64,000 nucleotides of DNA from Ruminococcus sp. GTDB taxonomy: Bacteria; Bacillota; Clostridia; Oscillospirales; Acutalibacteraceae. The notes beneath the pieces are model-generated. The model was not told the origin of the DNA and did no database searches. It worked only from the letters and a program-made list of their open reading frames with translations. Every line of letters begins with the position of its first letter. Position 1 is the stretch's first letter. Where the stretch lies: the NCBI GenBank assembly GCA_045604645.1, contig JAZUOM010000001.1, forward strand, positions 8,426 to 72,425, in the 5' to 3' direction. A program made the position numbers and the translations under genes. This document shows positions 10,552-18,732 of the stretch, in pieces.

Positions 10552-11721
10552 TCAAAGCTCCTTTAAAAATTCCTCAATAAGTGTAAGTGCCTTTTTGAGA
10601 TGCTTGAGTGAATATGAATAGGATAGTCGTACGTATCCCTCACCACACTCACCAAAAGCAGAGCCGGGCACAAGCGCTACATGCTTTGAATGCAACAACT
10701 TTGTACAAAATTCTTCTGATGTAAGACCGGTAGATTTTATACAAGGGAAGCAATAAAAAGCACCTTTTGGCTCAAAACAGGTAAGTCCCATTTTGTTAAG
10801 ACTGCCCACAACAAGTCTGCGTCGCATATCGTACTTTTCACGCATCATAGCGATATCATCGTCACCGTTTTTTAACGCCTCAATAGCGGCATACTGTGCG
10901 GTTGTAGGTGCTGACATAATGCAGAACTGATGAAGTTTTGTCATCATCTCAACTATTTCTTTTGGTCCACAGGCAAAGCCAAGTCGCCAACCCGTCATAG
11001 CATAACTTTTTGAAAAACCGTTTATAACAACTGTACGCTCTTTCATTGAATCAATAGATGCGATTGAAATGTGAGTTTTATCGCCATATGTAAGCTCGGA
11101 GTAAATTTCGTCTGACAGCACCATAAGGTCGTGTTCTTTCACAACCTGTGCGATACTCTCCAAATCTTCTTTCTCCATAATAGCGCCTGTAGGGTTATTA
11201 GGGAAAGGTAAAATAAGAAGCTTTGTTTTGTCGGTAATCTTCTCTGTTATTTCCTGAGCAGTCAGGCGGAATTCGTTTTCCATTTTTGTTTCGATTATGA
11301 CAGGGGTTGCACCTGCCATAACAGTAAGTGGCTCATAACACACAAACGAAGGCTGTACAATAAGCACCTCATCGCCCTTACTGACAAGACATCTGATGGC
11401 AATATCGATAGCCTCGCTACCGCCAACTGTAACAACAACATCTGTATCAGCGTCGTATGTAAGATTGCACTTACGCTTCATATAATTTGAAATCTCGCGT
11501 CTAAGCTCTGAAAAGCCTCTATTTGGTGTATACCATGTTCTGCCCATCTCAAGCGAATCTATACCTGCTTTTCTGATGTGCCATGGGGTCTTGAAATCAG
11601 GCTCACCAATAGAAAGCGAGATAACATTATCCATCTCGTTGACAATATCAAAGAATTTGCGTATACCTGAGGGTTTAACGCTCTTGATAGTGTCATTAAT
11701 CTTTTTGCTATAATCTATCAC
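10552..11721 (-). CDS. PLP-dependent class I/II aminotransferase
   Basis: SIGEPDF, PNNPTG, SDEIY, GFSKSYAMTGWRLG (PLP lysine). Confidence 0.93.
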   Translation of the reverse strand: MIDYSKKINDTIKSVKPSGIRKFFDIVNEMDNVISLSIGEPDFKTPWHIRKAGIDSLEMGRTWYTPNRGFSELRREISNYMKRKCNLTYDADTDVVVTVGGSEAIDIAIRCLVSKGDEVLIVQPSFVCYEPLTVMAGATPVIIETKMENEFRLTAQEITEKITDKTKLLILPFPNNPTGAIMEKEDLESIAQVVKEHDLMVLSDEIYSELTYGDKTHISIASIDSMKERTVVINGFSKSYAMTGWRLGFACGPKEIVEMMTKLHQFCIMSAPTTAQYAAIEALKNGDDDIAMMREKYDMRRRLVVGSLNKMGLTCFEPKGAFYCFPCIKSTGLTSEEFCTKLLHSKHVALVPGSAFGECGEGYVRLSYSYSLKHLKKALTLIEEFLKEL

Positions 11722-12200
11722 ACTACCATTTCCCTTCTGTCAGTTGGTTCGTCAACATCAACCAGAGCAACAGAGCCTTCTTTGTATCTTTTGAGCATAA
11801 AATGTGTTGCAGTTGATACGATTCCCTCAAGCGCAGAAAGTTTCTTTGCAACAAACGCAGAAACATCCTGAATAGTCTCTCCCTTGACAATGAGAGCAAG
11901 GTCATATCCGCCTGCCATAAGATATACTGATGAAACCTCATCAAACATCATAACTTTTTCAGCAATCTCGTCAAAGCCTTTTTCCTTTTGAGGAGTAACC
12001 TTGAGCTCGATAATAGCCATAACACCGGAGTTTTCGACGCTATCCCAGTTAACCATAGCCTGATAGCCTCTGATTACACCTTTGTCCTCGTATTCCTTAA
12101 TCTGTGCTTTGATGTAATCCTCAGGCTCGTTGAGCATAAGAGCAAGCTGTTCTGTTGTGTACGCAGAGTTTTCGCTTAATATCTTCAGTAATTTATCCAT
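11718..12200 (-). CDS. Lrp/AsnC-family transcriptional regulator
   Basis: N-terminal HTH-like region, C-terminal RAM domain (VYLMAGGYDL..., TATHFMLKRYK); ATGA overlap with aminotransferase. Confidence 0.9.
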   Translation of the reverse strand: MDKLLKILSENSAYTTEQLALMLNEPEDYIKAQIKEYEDKGVIRGYQAMVNWDSVENSGVMAIIELKVTPQKEKGFDEIAEKVMMFDEVSSVYLMAGGYDLALIVKGETIQDVSAFVAKKLSALEGIVSTATHFMLKRYKEGSVALVDVDEPTDRREMVV

Positions 12201-12211
12201 ATTGACCTCCG

Positions 12212-12706
12212 TTAAGTAGTCTGTAACGACAGCGCATCATTTGTGCACACAGTATTAAGGCACAAAGCGCTTGCGATACAGTAAAGTTCGTATCTATCAT
12301 TATTGATGTTGATTTCAAGCACCTCGTTGTGTGTATTAAAACGTTTCTGCACACAAGCTATCAAAGTGTTATCAACATCTAAGATATCGTATGATTTTTC
12401 AAGTACATTTCCTCTGATATGAAAACCAATGCCATGATATGTGATGGCGATTTTATCTTTAGAACAAGTAATTACCATGTGGAAATTACCGCTACCGGTT
12501 GCGACATAGCACGACCTTAAAAGCGCAAGGCTGGTATTGCGGATTTTTGAAATACAGTTTTCGCCCTGCATAATGTACATCCGCTCACTGTTAGTGCCAT
12601 GCTTACCACTGACAGTATACAACTGTTTACCAAGCTCATCGCAGACGATGTATCTTGAATTTTCAAAAGCTGTATCGCGTTTAAGATAAATCTTCACATA
12701 TATCAC
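12212..12706 (-). CDS. LURP-one/Tubby-C-like (YxjI-like) protein
   Basis: IYLK..., Y.V.DE.G..LY.V.G, I.GN.....YDI....IA.V.K pattern. Confidence 0.65.
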   Translation of the reverse strand: MIYVKIYLKRDTAFENSRYIVCDELGKQLYTVSGKHGTNSERMYIMQGENCISKIRNTSLALLRSCYVATGSGNFHMVITCSKDKIAITYHGIGFHIRGNVLEKSYDILDVDNTLIACVQKRFNTHNEVLEININNDRYELYCIASALCLNTVCTNDALSLQTT

Positions 12707-12732
12707 CGATGCTATTATTTACAAAAGAGGAT

Positions 12733-14649
12733 TTATAATTCACTGATACGTTCAAGCCATAATCTTGCCTGAACGTCAGACGACATTCTGAAGTCACCAC
12801 GAGGTGACAGGCTGACGGCTGTTACTTTCGGGCCGTCAGGCATACATGAGCGTTTGAATTGCTGAGTAAAGAATCTTACAAAGAACTTTTGCATCCATTT
12901 TTTAATAGTATATCTGTCGTATACTCCCTCAAATGTCTTAACTGCAAGATAAAAAATCTTTTCAGGAGAGAAATTGTATCTTACAAAGTAGTACATAAAG
13001 AAATCATGGAGCTCGTATGGTCCCACAACATCTTCTGTAACCTGAGAAATCTCGCCGTTTTTATCAGGTGGTAAAAGCTCAGGTGACACAGGAGTTGAGA
13101 GTATATCGTTGATGATAACGGCCTTGTCTTTAGATGCAATCTGTGTTTCGTACGCTACAAGATGTCTTACCATTGTTTTTGGTACAGATGCATTGACCCC
13201 ATACATAGACATATGGTCACCGTTATACGTAGCCCATCCAAGTGCAAGTTCTGACAAATCACCGGTTCCGACAACAAGTGCTCCGACTTTGTTTGCAATA
13301 TCCATAAGCACCATAGTACGCTGTCTAGCCTGTGCATTTTCAAAAGTAGTGTCAAGGCTTACTCCATTGTGTCCTATATCGTGAAAATGCTGTTTTACGG
13401 CGTTTGTGATATCAACAGTAGAGAACTTTGCACCATATGCGACAGACAGTTTCTCGGCATTTGATTTAGTGCGGACTGTTGTGCCAAAGCACGGCATTGA
13501 CACAGCGTGCAGACAGCTGTGCTCAAGTCCTAAAATATCAAGTGCTTTGATGCTGACAATGAGTGCAAGCGTACTGTCAAGCCCACCGGATACACCAAGC
13601 ACAAGTTCTTTTATAGAAGCACTCTTCATACGGGTTGCAAGGCCAATAGCCTGCATAGTCAGAATCTCCTCGCACATACTTGCAAGCTCGTGTTTTTCTG
13701 ACGGGACAAAAGGATGCTTTGAAAATACCCTATCGAGTTTTGTTTGTTTTATTGTTACATCAAAGTTAGCGTAAGAGATGTCGCTGTCTTTGCCTTGGAA
13801 AGTAAAAATGTTGTTTCTGCGACGTTCAGACGCAATCTTATTGACATCAATATCAGCGTAAATAATACCCTCAGAAAACTTTACACTCTCTTTCAGAATT
13901 TCAGCGTTTTCTGAAATAATGTTGTGACCGGAGTACACCGCATCTGTCGTGCTTTCTCCGGGTCCTGCTGATGAAAACAGGTAAGCACAGCATAGCTTTC
14001 CGCTATGGATACGGACAAGGTCTTTTCTGTACTGTGATTTATCAGCAACTTCGCTGCTTGCGGCAAGGTTACATATGACAGTTGCTTTGCCATCAAGTGC
14101 AAGTCGGGTTGACGGAGAAATCGGCGCTGAAAGGTCTTCGCATATTTCTACTCCAAATTTAAATTCATCAATCTGGTTACATGAAAACACAAGATTTGAA
14201 GATAACAGCACCTGTTGTTTTGCGTAGTTAATGGTTTTGTGCACATTTTTTCCGGATGTAAAATATCGGCTTTCAAAATACTCGTTATAATCAGGAATGT
14301 TTGTTTTTGGGACAATGCCGAGAATCTCGCCATGATATATAACAACAGCACAATTATACAGAGCATCATCAACACATATAGGTGCTCCGACAATAGAAAT
14401 TATGTTGAATAGTTTTGTTTTTGAGATAATCTGTTCAACAGCCAACTCGGCATGTTTGAGCAAAAATGGCTGTAAAAACATATCGCCACAAGTATAGCCG
14501 GTTACACAAAGTTCAGGAAAAACAACCATTGTTGCTCCGTGTTGAGCGGCAACAGTAATCTGGGCAATAATTTTCTCGCTGTTAAATATACAGTCCGCGA
14601 CTTTTATATTAGGTGTTGCGCAGGCAGTTTTTATAAATCCATAATTCAT
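12733..14649 (-). CDS. nadE: Glutamine-dependent NAD(+) synthetase
   Basis: Nitrilase-fold triad (FPEL, VPKT, ICED) fused to GVSGGLDST, ENAQAR, GTGDLSE, FKRSCMPDGPK; start 14649 with GGAGG RBS. Confidence 0.95.
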   Translation of the reverse strand: MNYGFIKTACATPNIKVADCIFNSEKIIAQITVAAQHGATMVVFPELCVTGYTCGDMFLQPFLLKHAELAVEQIISKTKLFNIISIVGAPICVDDALYNCAVVIYHGEILGIVPKTNIPDYNEYFESRYFTSGKNVHKTINYAKQQVLLSSNLVFSCNQIDEFKFGVEICEDLSAPISPSTRLALDGKATVICNLAASSEVADKSQYRKDLVRIHSGKLCCAYLFSSAGPGESTTDAVYSGHNIISENAEILKESVKFSEGIIYADIDVNKIASERRRNNIFTFQGKDSDISYANFDVTIKQTKLDRVFSKHPFVPSEKHELASMCEEILTMQAIGLATRMKSASIKELVLGVSGGLDSTLALIVSIKALDILGLEHSCLHAVSMPCFGTTVRTKSNAEKLSVAYGAKFSTVDITNAVKQHFHDIGHNGVSLDTTFENAQARQRTMVLMDIANKVGALVVGTGDLSELALGWATYNGDHMSMYGVNASVPKTMVRHLVAYETQIASKDKAVIINDILSTPVSPELLPPDKNGEISQVTEDVVGPYELHDFFMYYFVRYNFSPEKIFYLAVKTFEGVYDRYTIKKWMQKFFVRFFTQQFKRSCMPDGPKVTAVSLSPRGDFRMSSDVQARLWLERISEL

Positions 14650-14660
14650 AAAAAACCTCC

Positions 14661-14720
14661 AAAAAAAATATCCATAACTACAGTTATGGATATTATAACC
14701 TATATTCAAGCTATTTACAA
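14661..14720 (-). promoter_or_regulatory. Sigma-A promoter for nadE overlapping an intrinsic-terminator-like hairpin
   Basis: TTGTAA(14715-14720)-N17-TATAAT(14692-14697); perfect 12-bp stem aatatccataac/gttatggatatt (14667-14694) followed by a U tract. Confidence 0.65.
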
Positions 14721-14748
14721 GTATTTATAAAAACTTGCATACTCAAGG

Positions 14749-16203
14749 CTAGAGAATTTTTTTATTTATTTTACGTCTGAAAAAACTAATCTCGTTATGA
14801 TAATCAGGTTCATATTTACACAAAAAACAGCTTGTGTATCCCATAATCAGCCAGAAAAACTGTACGGTAAACGAAACATCGTAAAGTATGGTTTTTTCGA
14901 AAAACGCGTAAACGAGGTATGCACACAAAAACGCATACAAACACGGAAATATGCTCTCCTTGAGATTCTTTGCCTTGAAAACATGAACAGATACATGTTT
15001 TGCAAAACGCAATCCAAATATCGAAAACAAAGCAAAACCAACAATACCAGAACATACTAAGATGGTTGCATAACCGTTATGGAAATCGGTAACAAATTTT
15101 GATAACGCCTCGCCATAAATATCTGAAAAAGCAATTCCGTTGTCAAATTTATTTTCGCCATAATCATACACGTTACCTTTTCCTATGCCAAACAATGGAA
15201 AATCAGAGAAAAGCGATGCCGCCTGTCGCCACAGCCTGAATCTTCCGCTATCAAGATTTTTGTTTATATGGCTGAAAGTTATACGCTCTGTGGCAGAAAA
15301 AATATCCTCAGACTCTTCATCGATATTCTGTATACCAACCTCAGCTTTTTCCAAAATCTCTGTAAATCCTGCCTGAGTGAAAAAACGGACTACAAATGCA
15401 CTGCAGACAATAAATGCTCCCGCAAGTATCAATGCAACCAGTTTGATTATGATCTGCTTTTTTGTAAACTCGCGCTCAGAGCCGAACATTTTATATAAAA
15501 CAAAAGTAATAACATAAAATACAATAAGTACAATCGCACCGTTTGAATCACAAAGGAAAAGACAGATGCTGTTAATTGCAGCGGCACTCAACAGCCAGAT
15601 ACGGGATATCCGTTCCATAGAGGATAACTCGACAAAATTACTCTTTGTGAGCATATGTACGCAAAACAGTGCAACTACGGATATAAATCCAAGAATGTTA
15701 GGGTTAGAATATATACCTGTAAAACGGTTTTCGTAGATAATAATCTTGATTGACATTACCTCAAAGCTGATACCTGCCATCAGACAAGCAAGCCCGAGTA
15801 CACCTACAACGGTTGTGGTATAAACGATAAAGCGACAAACAAGAAACAGCTCACGCCTGAAGTTAAGATGCTTTTCTGTGTGCAAACCATAAAAAATGAA
15901 AAAGCAGATACAAACCTGAAGCTGAATTACGATATTAAATAGAAAATTGTCTGCTATATGTATAACCGCTGTGATTGTTGAAAAAAACACAAATGCCAAA
16001 AGCCAGAATCCAAATCGGGTTTTGCTCAAAACATGTCTTTTTCTTTCGTTGTATATAAGTAAGAAAACGCCCCACAAAAACAAAAAAACCAATACTGCGT
16101 AAGCGAAAACCTGAATAAATGCTATTGTGCAGAAAAACATACAGTAAACATAACATCTTCGAAAAAGCGATGAGTCTGTCAGTATTTCTCTTAATTTACT
16201 CAT
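14749..16203 (-). CDS. O-antigen ligase/Wzy_C-family polytopic membrane protein
   Basis: About 12 hydrophobic segments; RFTGIYSNPN, SGRFRLW, PLFGIG, HNGY..ILV..GIVG motifs. Confidence 0.82.
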   Translation of the reverse strand: MSKLREILTDSSLFRRCYVYCMFFCTIAFIQVFAYAVLVFLFLWGVFLLIYNERKRHVLSKTRFGFWLLAFVFFSTITAVIHIADNFLFNIVIQLQVCICFFIFYGLHTEKHLNFRRELFLVCRFIVYTTTVVGVLGLACLMAGISFEVMSIKIIIYENRFTGIYSNPNILGFISVVALFCVHMLTKSNFVELSSMERISRIWLLSAAAINSICLFLCDSNGAIVLIVFYVITFVLYKMFGSEREFTKKQIIIKLVALILAGAFIVCSAFVVRFFTQAGFTEILEKAEVGIQNIDEESEDIFSATERITFSHINKNLDSGRFRLWRQAASLFSDFPLFGIGKGNVYDYGENKFDNGIAFSDIYGEALSKFVTDFHNGYATILVCSGIVGFALFSIFGLRFAKHVSVHVFKAKNLKESIFPCLYAFLCAYLVYAFFEKTILYDVSFTVQFFWLIMGYTSCFLCKYEPDYHNEISFFRRKINKKIL

Positions 16204-16240
16204 ATTTTCACCTCTCTTACCAGTAGTGGTTTTTAAAAAA

Positions 16241-16936
16241 TCACAAAAGAACCTGTTTCACAGTTTCAAATATAAGACAAATGTCGCGTTTGAAACTAAA
16301 TTCTTCGATATATGAAAGATTGTATTTCATTTTTTCAGGTAAAATTTTCGTCACATAAATATCATCAACTTTTTCAGGGTCGCTGATTTCACCAATAATG
16401 CGGTCTTCGTCCTTGTACTTGATACTTGCGTATGATGTGACACCCGCCGGCATCAGAAGTGTAGCGTACATAGCAGGTGAATACCTGTCGACATATTTTG
16501 TGACTTCCGGTCTTGTGCCTACAATGGTCATTTTTCCTGATAAAACATGGAAAATCTGTGGCAACTCGTCAAGCCTGAGTTTTCTTAAAAGCTTTCCGAC
16601 TTTTGTTATACGATTGTCATTTTCCTGTGTAATCAGCGCGCCCTTTTTGTCAGCGTCAACTGTCATAGACCTAAATTTCAAAATCTTGAATTTTCTGCCG
16701 TATGTTGTAACTCTCTCCTGTTTGTACAAAACAGGTCCGCGTGAATCAAGTCTGATACACAAAGCGATAACAAGCATTGGTATCAACAGAATAATTATAA
16801 GAAAAAAAGAAAAAACAATGTCCACAATGCGCTTGAAAACAAGGCTGCTGCGTTTTTTGCAGAGAATGTCATAATAACGCCTGACTTCATCGTTTTTTAA
16901 TTCAGCGGGAAGTTTTTCAAATGGTAAAAGAAACAT
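16241..16936 (-). CDS. Bacterial sugar transferase (priming polyprenyl-phosphate phosphoglycosyltransferase)
   Basis: KRIVDI, DSRGPVLYKQER, KFRSM, RLDELPQ, VGTRPE; start 16936 with GGAGG RBS. Confidence 0.92.
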   Translation of the reverse strand: MFLLPFEKLPAELKNDEVRRYYDILCKKRSSLVFKRIVDIVFSFFLIIILLIPMLVIALCIRLDSRGPVLYKQERVTTYGRKFKILKFRSMTVDADKKGALITQENDNRITKVGKLLRKLRLDELPQIFHVLSGKMTIVGTRPEVTKYVDRYSPAMYATLLMPAGVTSYASIKYKDEDRIIGEISDPEKVDDIYVTKILPEKMKYNLSYIEEFSFKRDICLIFETVKQVLL

Positions 16937-16981
16937 TTGAGTCCTCCAGATATGTAAATTGTGTATTATAAATGTTAAGAT

Positions 16982-17010
16982 ATTATACACCCAAAGAGTC
17001 GATTTTTCAA
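16982..17010 (-). promoter_or_regulatory. Sigma-A promoter for the sugar transferase/ligase pair
   Basis: TTGAAA-N17-TATAAT on minus strand. Confidence 0.65.
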
Positions 17011-17090
17011 TACTTATCGAAAAATTGGATTAATTATCGCAAATGATAGATATATTTACATTTTTGTTAAAATATTGTAGTTATAATTTC

Positions 17091-17119
17091 TTGACTAAAA
17101 AGCATATAAAGGGTAAAAT
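17091..17119 (+). promoter_or_regulatory. Sigma-A promoter upstream of the DUF1292 gene
   Basis: TTGACT-N17-TAAAAT, followed by AAAGGAG RBS. Confidence 0.65.
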
Positions 17120-17148
17120 TATAATATACTAAAAAGGAGATTTATTTT

Positions 17149-17439
17149 ATGGATAAAGAATTTGCACCTGACCTCATCACTTTGATTGATGATGAAAATG
17201 TTGAGCATAATTTTGAGATACTTGACACTATCGAAAACGACAAGGGTCTTTTTTATGCTTTGTATCCTGTATTTGACGATGCCAATGACGCTGTGTCAGA
17301 TGACGGCGAATACTACATTATGGAAGTGCTTGAAGAAGACGGCGAAGAACAACTTGCTGAAGTCGAAGACGAACAGTTACTTGACGAATTAGCAGAGATT
17401 TTTGAAAAGAGATTCGAGGAGCTCTTCACAGAAGAATAA
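17149..17439 (+). CDS. DUF1292 domain protein
   Basis: Very acidic 96 aa; ITLIDD..VEH.FEILD.IE, Y.ALYP, L..VEDE..LDE...IF pattern. Confidence 0.85.
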   Translation: MDKEFAPDLITLIDDENVEHNFEILDTIENDKGLFYALYPVFDDANDAVSDDGEYYIMEVLEEDGEEQLAEVEDEQLLDELAEIFEKRFEELFTEE

Positions 17440-17447
17440 CTTTTTGC

Positions 17448-17630
17448 GTCCTGCCTGATACGCGAATCAGCAAAAATAACCCTACAATCTTTAAATCGGG
17501 AGTTTAACTCCTTGAGTGGTGTGCAGACCTCCCCTTTTTTGGGACGAAGGGAGCCTGAAGCTCAAGGGTGGACACCCACCTGTTTACTTGTGTGGGCAGG
17601 TTATGTTGCGCTGATACGGTCAGGCGGGAT
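17448..17630 (+). ncRNA. ssrS: 6S RNA
   Basis: ~183 nt; closing stem tcctgcctga/tcaggcggga, inner pairing aatcagc..taacc/ggtta..gctgat, A/U-rich central bubble, GGGAG and CACCCACCTG motifs typical of clostridial 6S RNAs. Confidence 0.82.
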
Positions 17631-17657
17631 TTACTAAACTTTATACTGGAGCATAAT

Positions 17658-18620
17658 ATGAAAATATCAGTTTTAGGCTTGGGCCGTTGGGGTAGTTGTA
17701 TTGCATGGTATCTCGATAAAATCGGACACGATGTAATATCCTGCGGACTTGAAAACGCGCCTGAATATATACAACTTAAAAACACACATAAAAATGACTA
17801 CCTTACATATCCACAGTCTATTGAAGTTACCTGTGATTTAGAGAAAGCAGTTGCTCACGCACAGACCATCATCATCTCGATTTCTTCACAGTACTTAAGA
17901 TCATACATGCAGGATATATCAAAATATCCGCTTGAGGGCAAAACCATTGTCCTGTGTATGAAAGGTGTTGAGGTTGACACAGGATGCAGACTCAGCGAGG
18001 TTGTAAACTCATTTGTTGACAATACTAAGACTCCTGTTGCTGTCTGGGTTGGTCCGGGTCACCCACAGGATTATGTAAAAGGTATTCCTAACTGTATGGT
18101 AATAGACTCTGACAACGAAGAAGTCAAAAACAAGCTTGTAGATGAATTTTCTTCTGATTTAATCAGATTTTATATCGGCACAGACCTTATCGGAAGTGAA
18201 ATTGGTGCTGCCGCAAAAAACGTAATCGGTATTGCTGCGGGTATGCTTGATGGCATCGGATACACATCGCTTAAAGGTGCTCTGATGGCGCGAAGCACCA
18301 GAGAAATCAGCAGATTGATTGAGGCAATGGGCGGCAATGCTCTTTCTGCGTACGGTCTTTGTCATCTTGGCGATTACGAGGCTACGCTATTCTCCCCTTG
18401 GAGTCATAACAGACGCTATGGTGAAAGCTACGCTAAAGGCGAAAAATTTGAAAAACTTGCCGAAGGTGTTATGACATCAAAAGCCTTAATCAAGCTAAGC
18501 AAACAATATAACGTAGATATGCCTATCACTAAGGCTATATACAATATTCTTTTTGAGAATAAAGATTTCGAAGATGAATTAACAAAGCTGTTCGACCGCT
18601 CTGTTAAATCCGAATTTTAA
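17658..18620 (+). CDS. gpsA: NAD(P)H-dependent glycerol-3-phosphate dehydrogenase family protein
   Basis: Start MKISVLGLGRWG; CMKGVE, GP motif, D.IG.EIGAAAKNVIGIAAG, AEGV; some substrate motifs diverge. Confidence 0.8.
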   Translation: MKISVLGLGRWGSCIAWYLDKIGHDVISCGLENAPEYIQLKNTHKNDYLTYPQSIEVTCDLEKAVAHAQTIIISISSQYLRSYMQDISKYPLEGKTIVLCMKGVEVDTGCRLSEVVNSFVDNTKTPVAVWVGPGHPQDYVKGIPNCMVIDSDNEEVKNKLVDEFSSDLIRFYIGTDLIGSEIGAAAKNVIGIAAGMLDGIGYTSLKGALMARSTREISRLIEAMGGNALSAYGLCHLGDYEATLFSPWSHNRRYGESYAKGEKFEKLAEGVMTSKALIKLSKQYNVDMPITKAIYNILFENKDFEDELTKLFDRSVKSEF

Positions 18621-18654
18621 ATAGCAGTTTTTTCAAGAGTTAACCAAAATATGC

Positions 18655-18697
18655 AACAAAACTGACATCACACTAATTGTAATGTCAGTTTTGTTTT
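18655..18697 (+). terminator. Probable terminator after gpsA
   Basis: aacaaaactgacat...atgtcagttttgtt inverted repeat ending in T tract. Confidence 0.65.
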
Positions 18698-18732
18698 AGT
18701 ATACACATTTTATACGAAAAGGAATTTAATAT

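Noticed and set aside
17448-17657. Possible riboswitch/T-box leader for gpsA, or coding ORFs 17568+ and 17504-17785(-)
   Set aside because: No T-box or terminator/antiterminator motif; the long closed rod with central bubble and CACCCACCTG motif fits 6S RNA better
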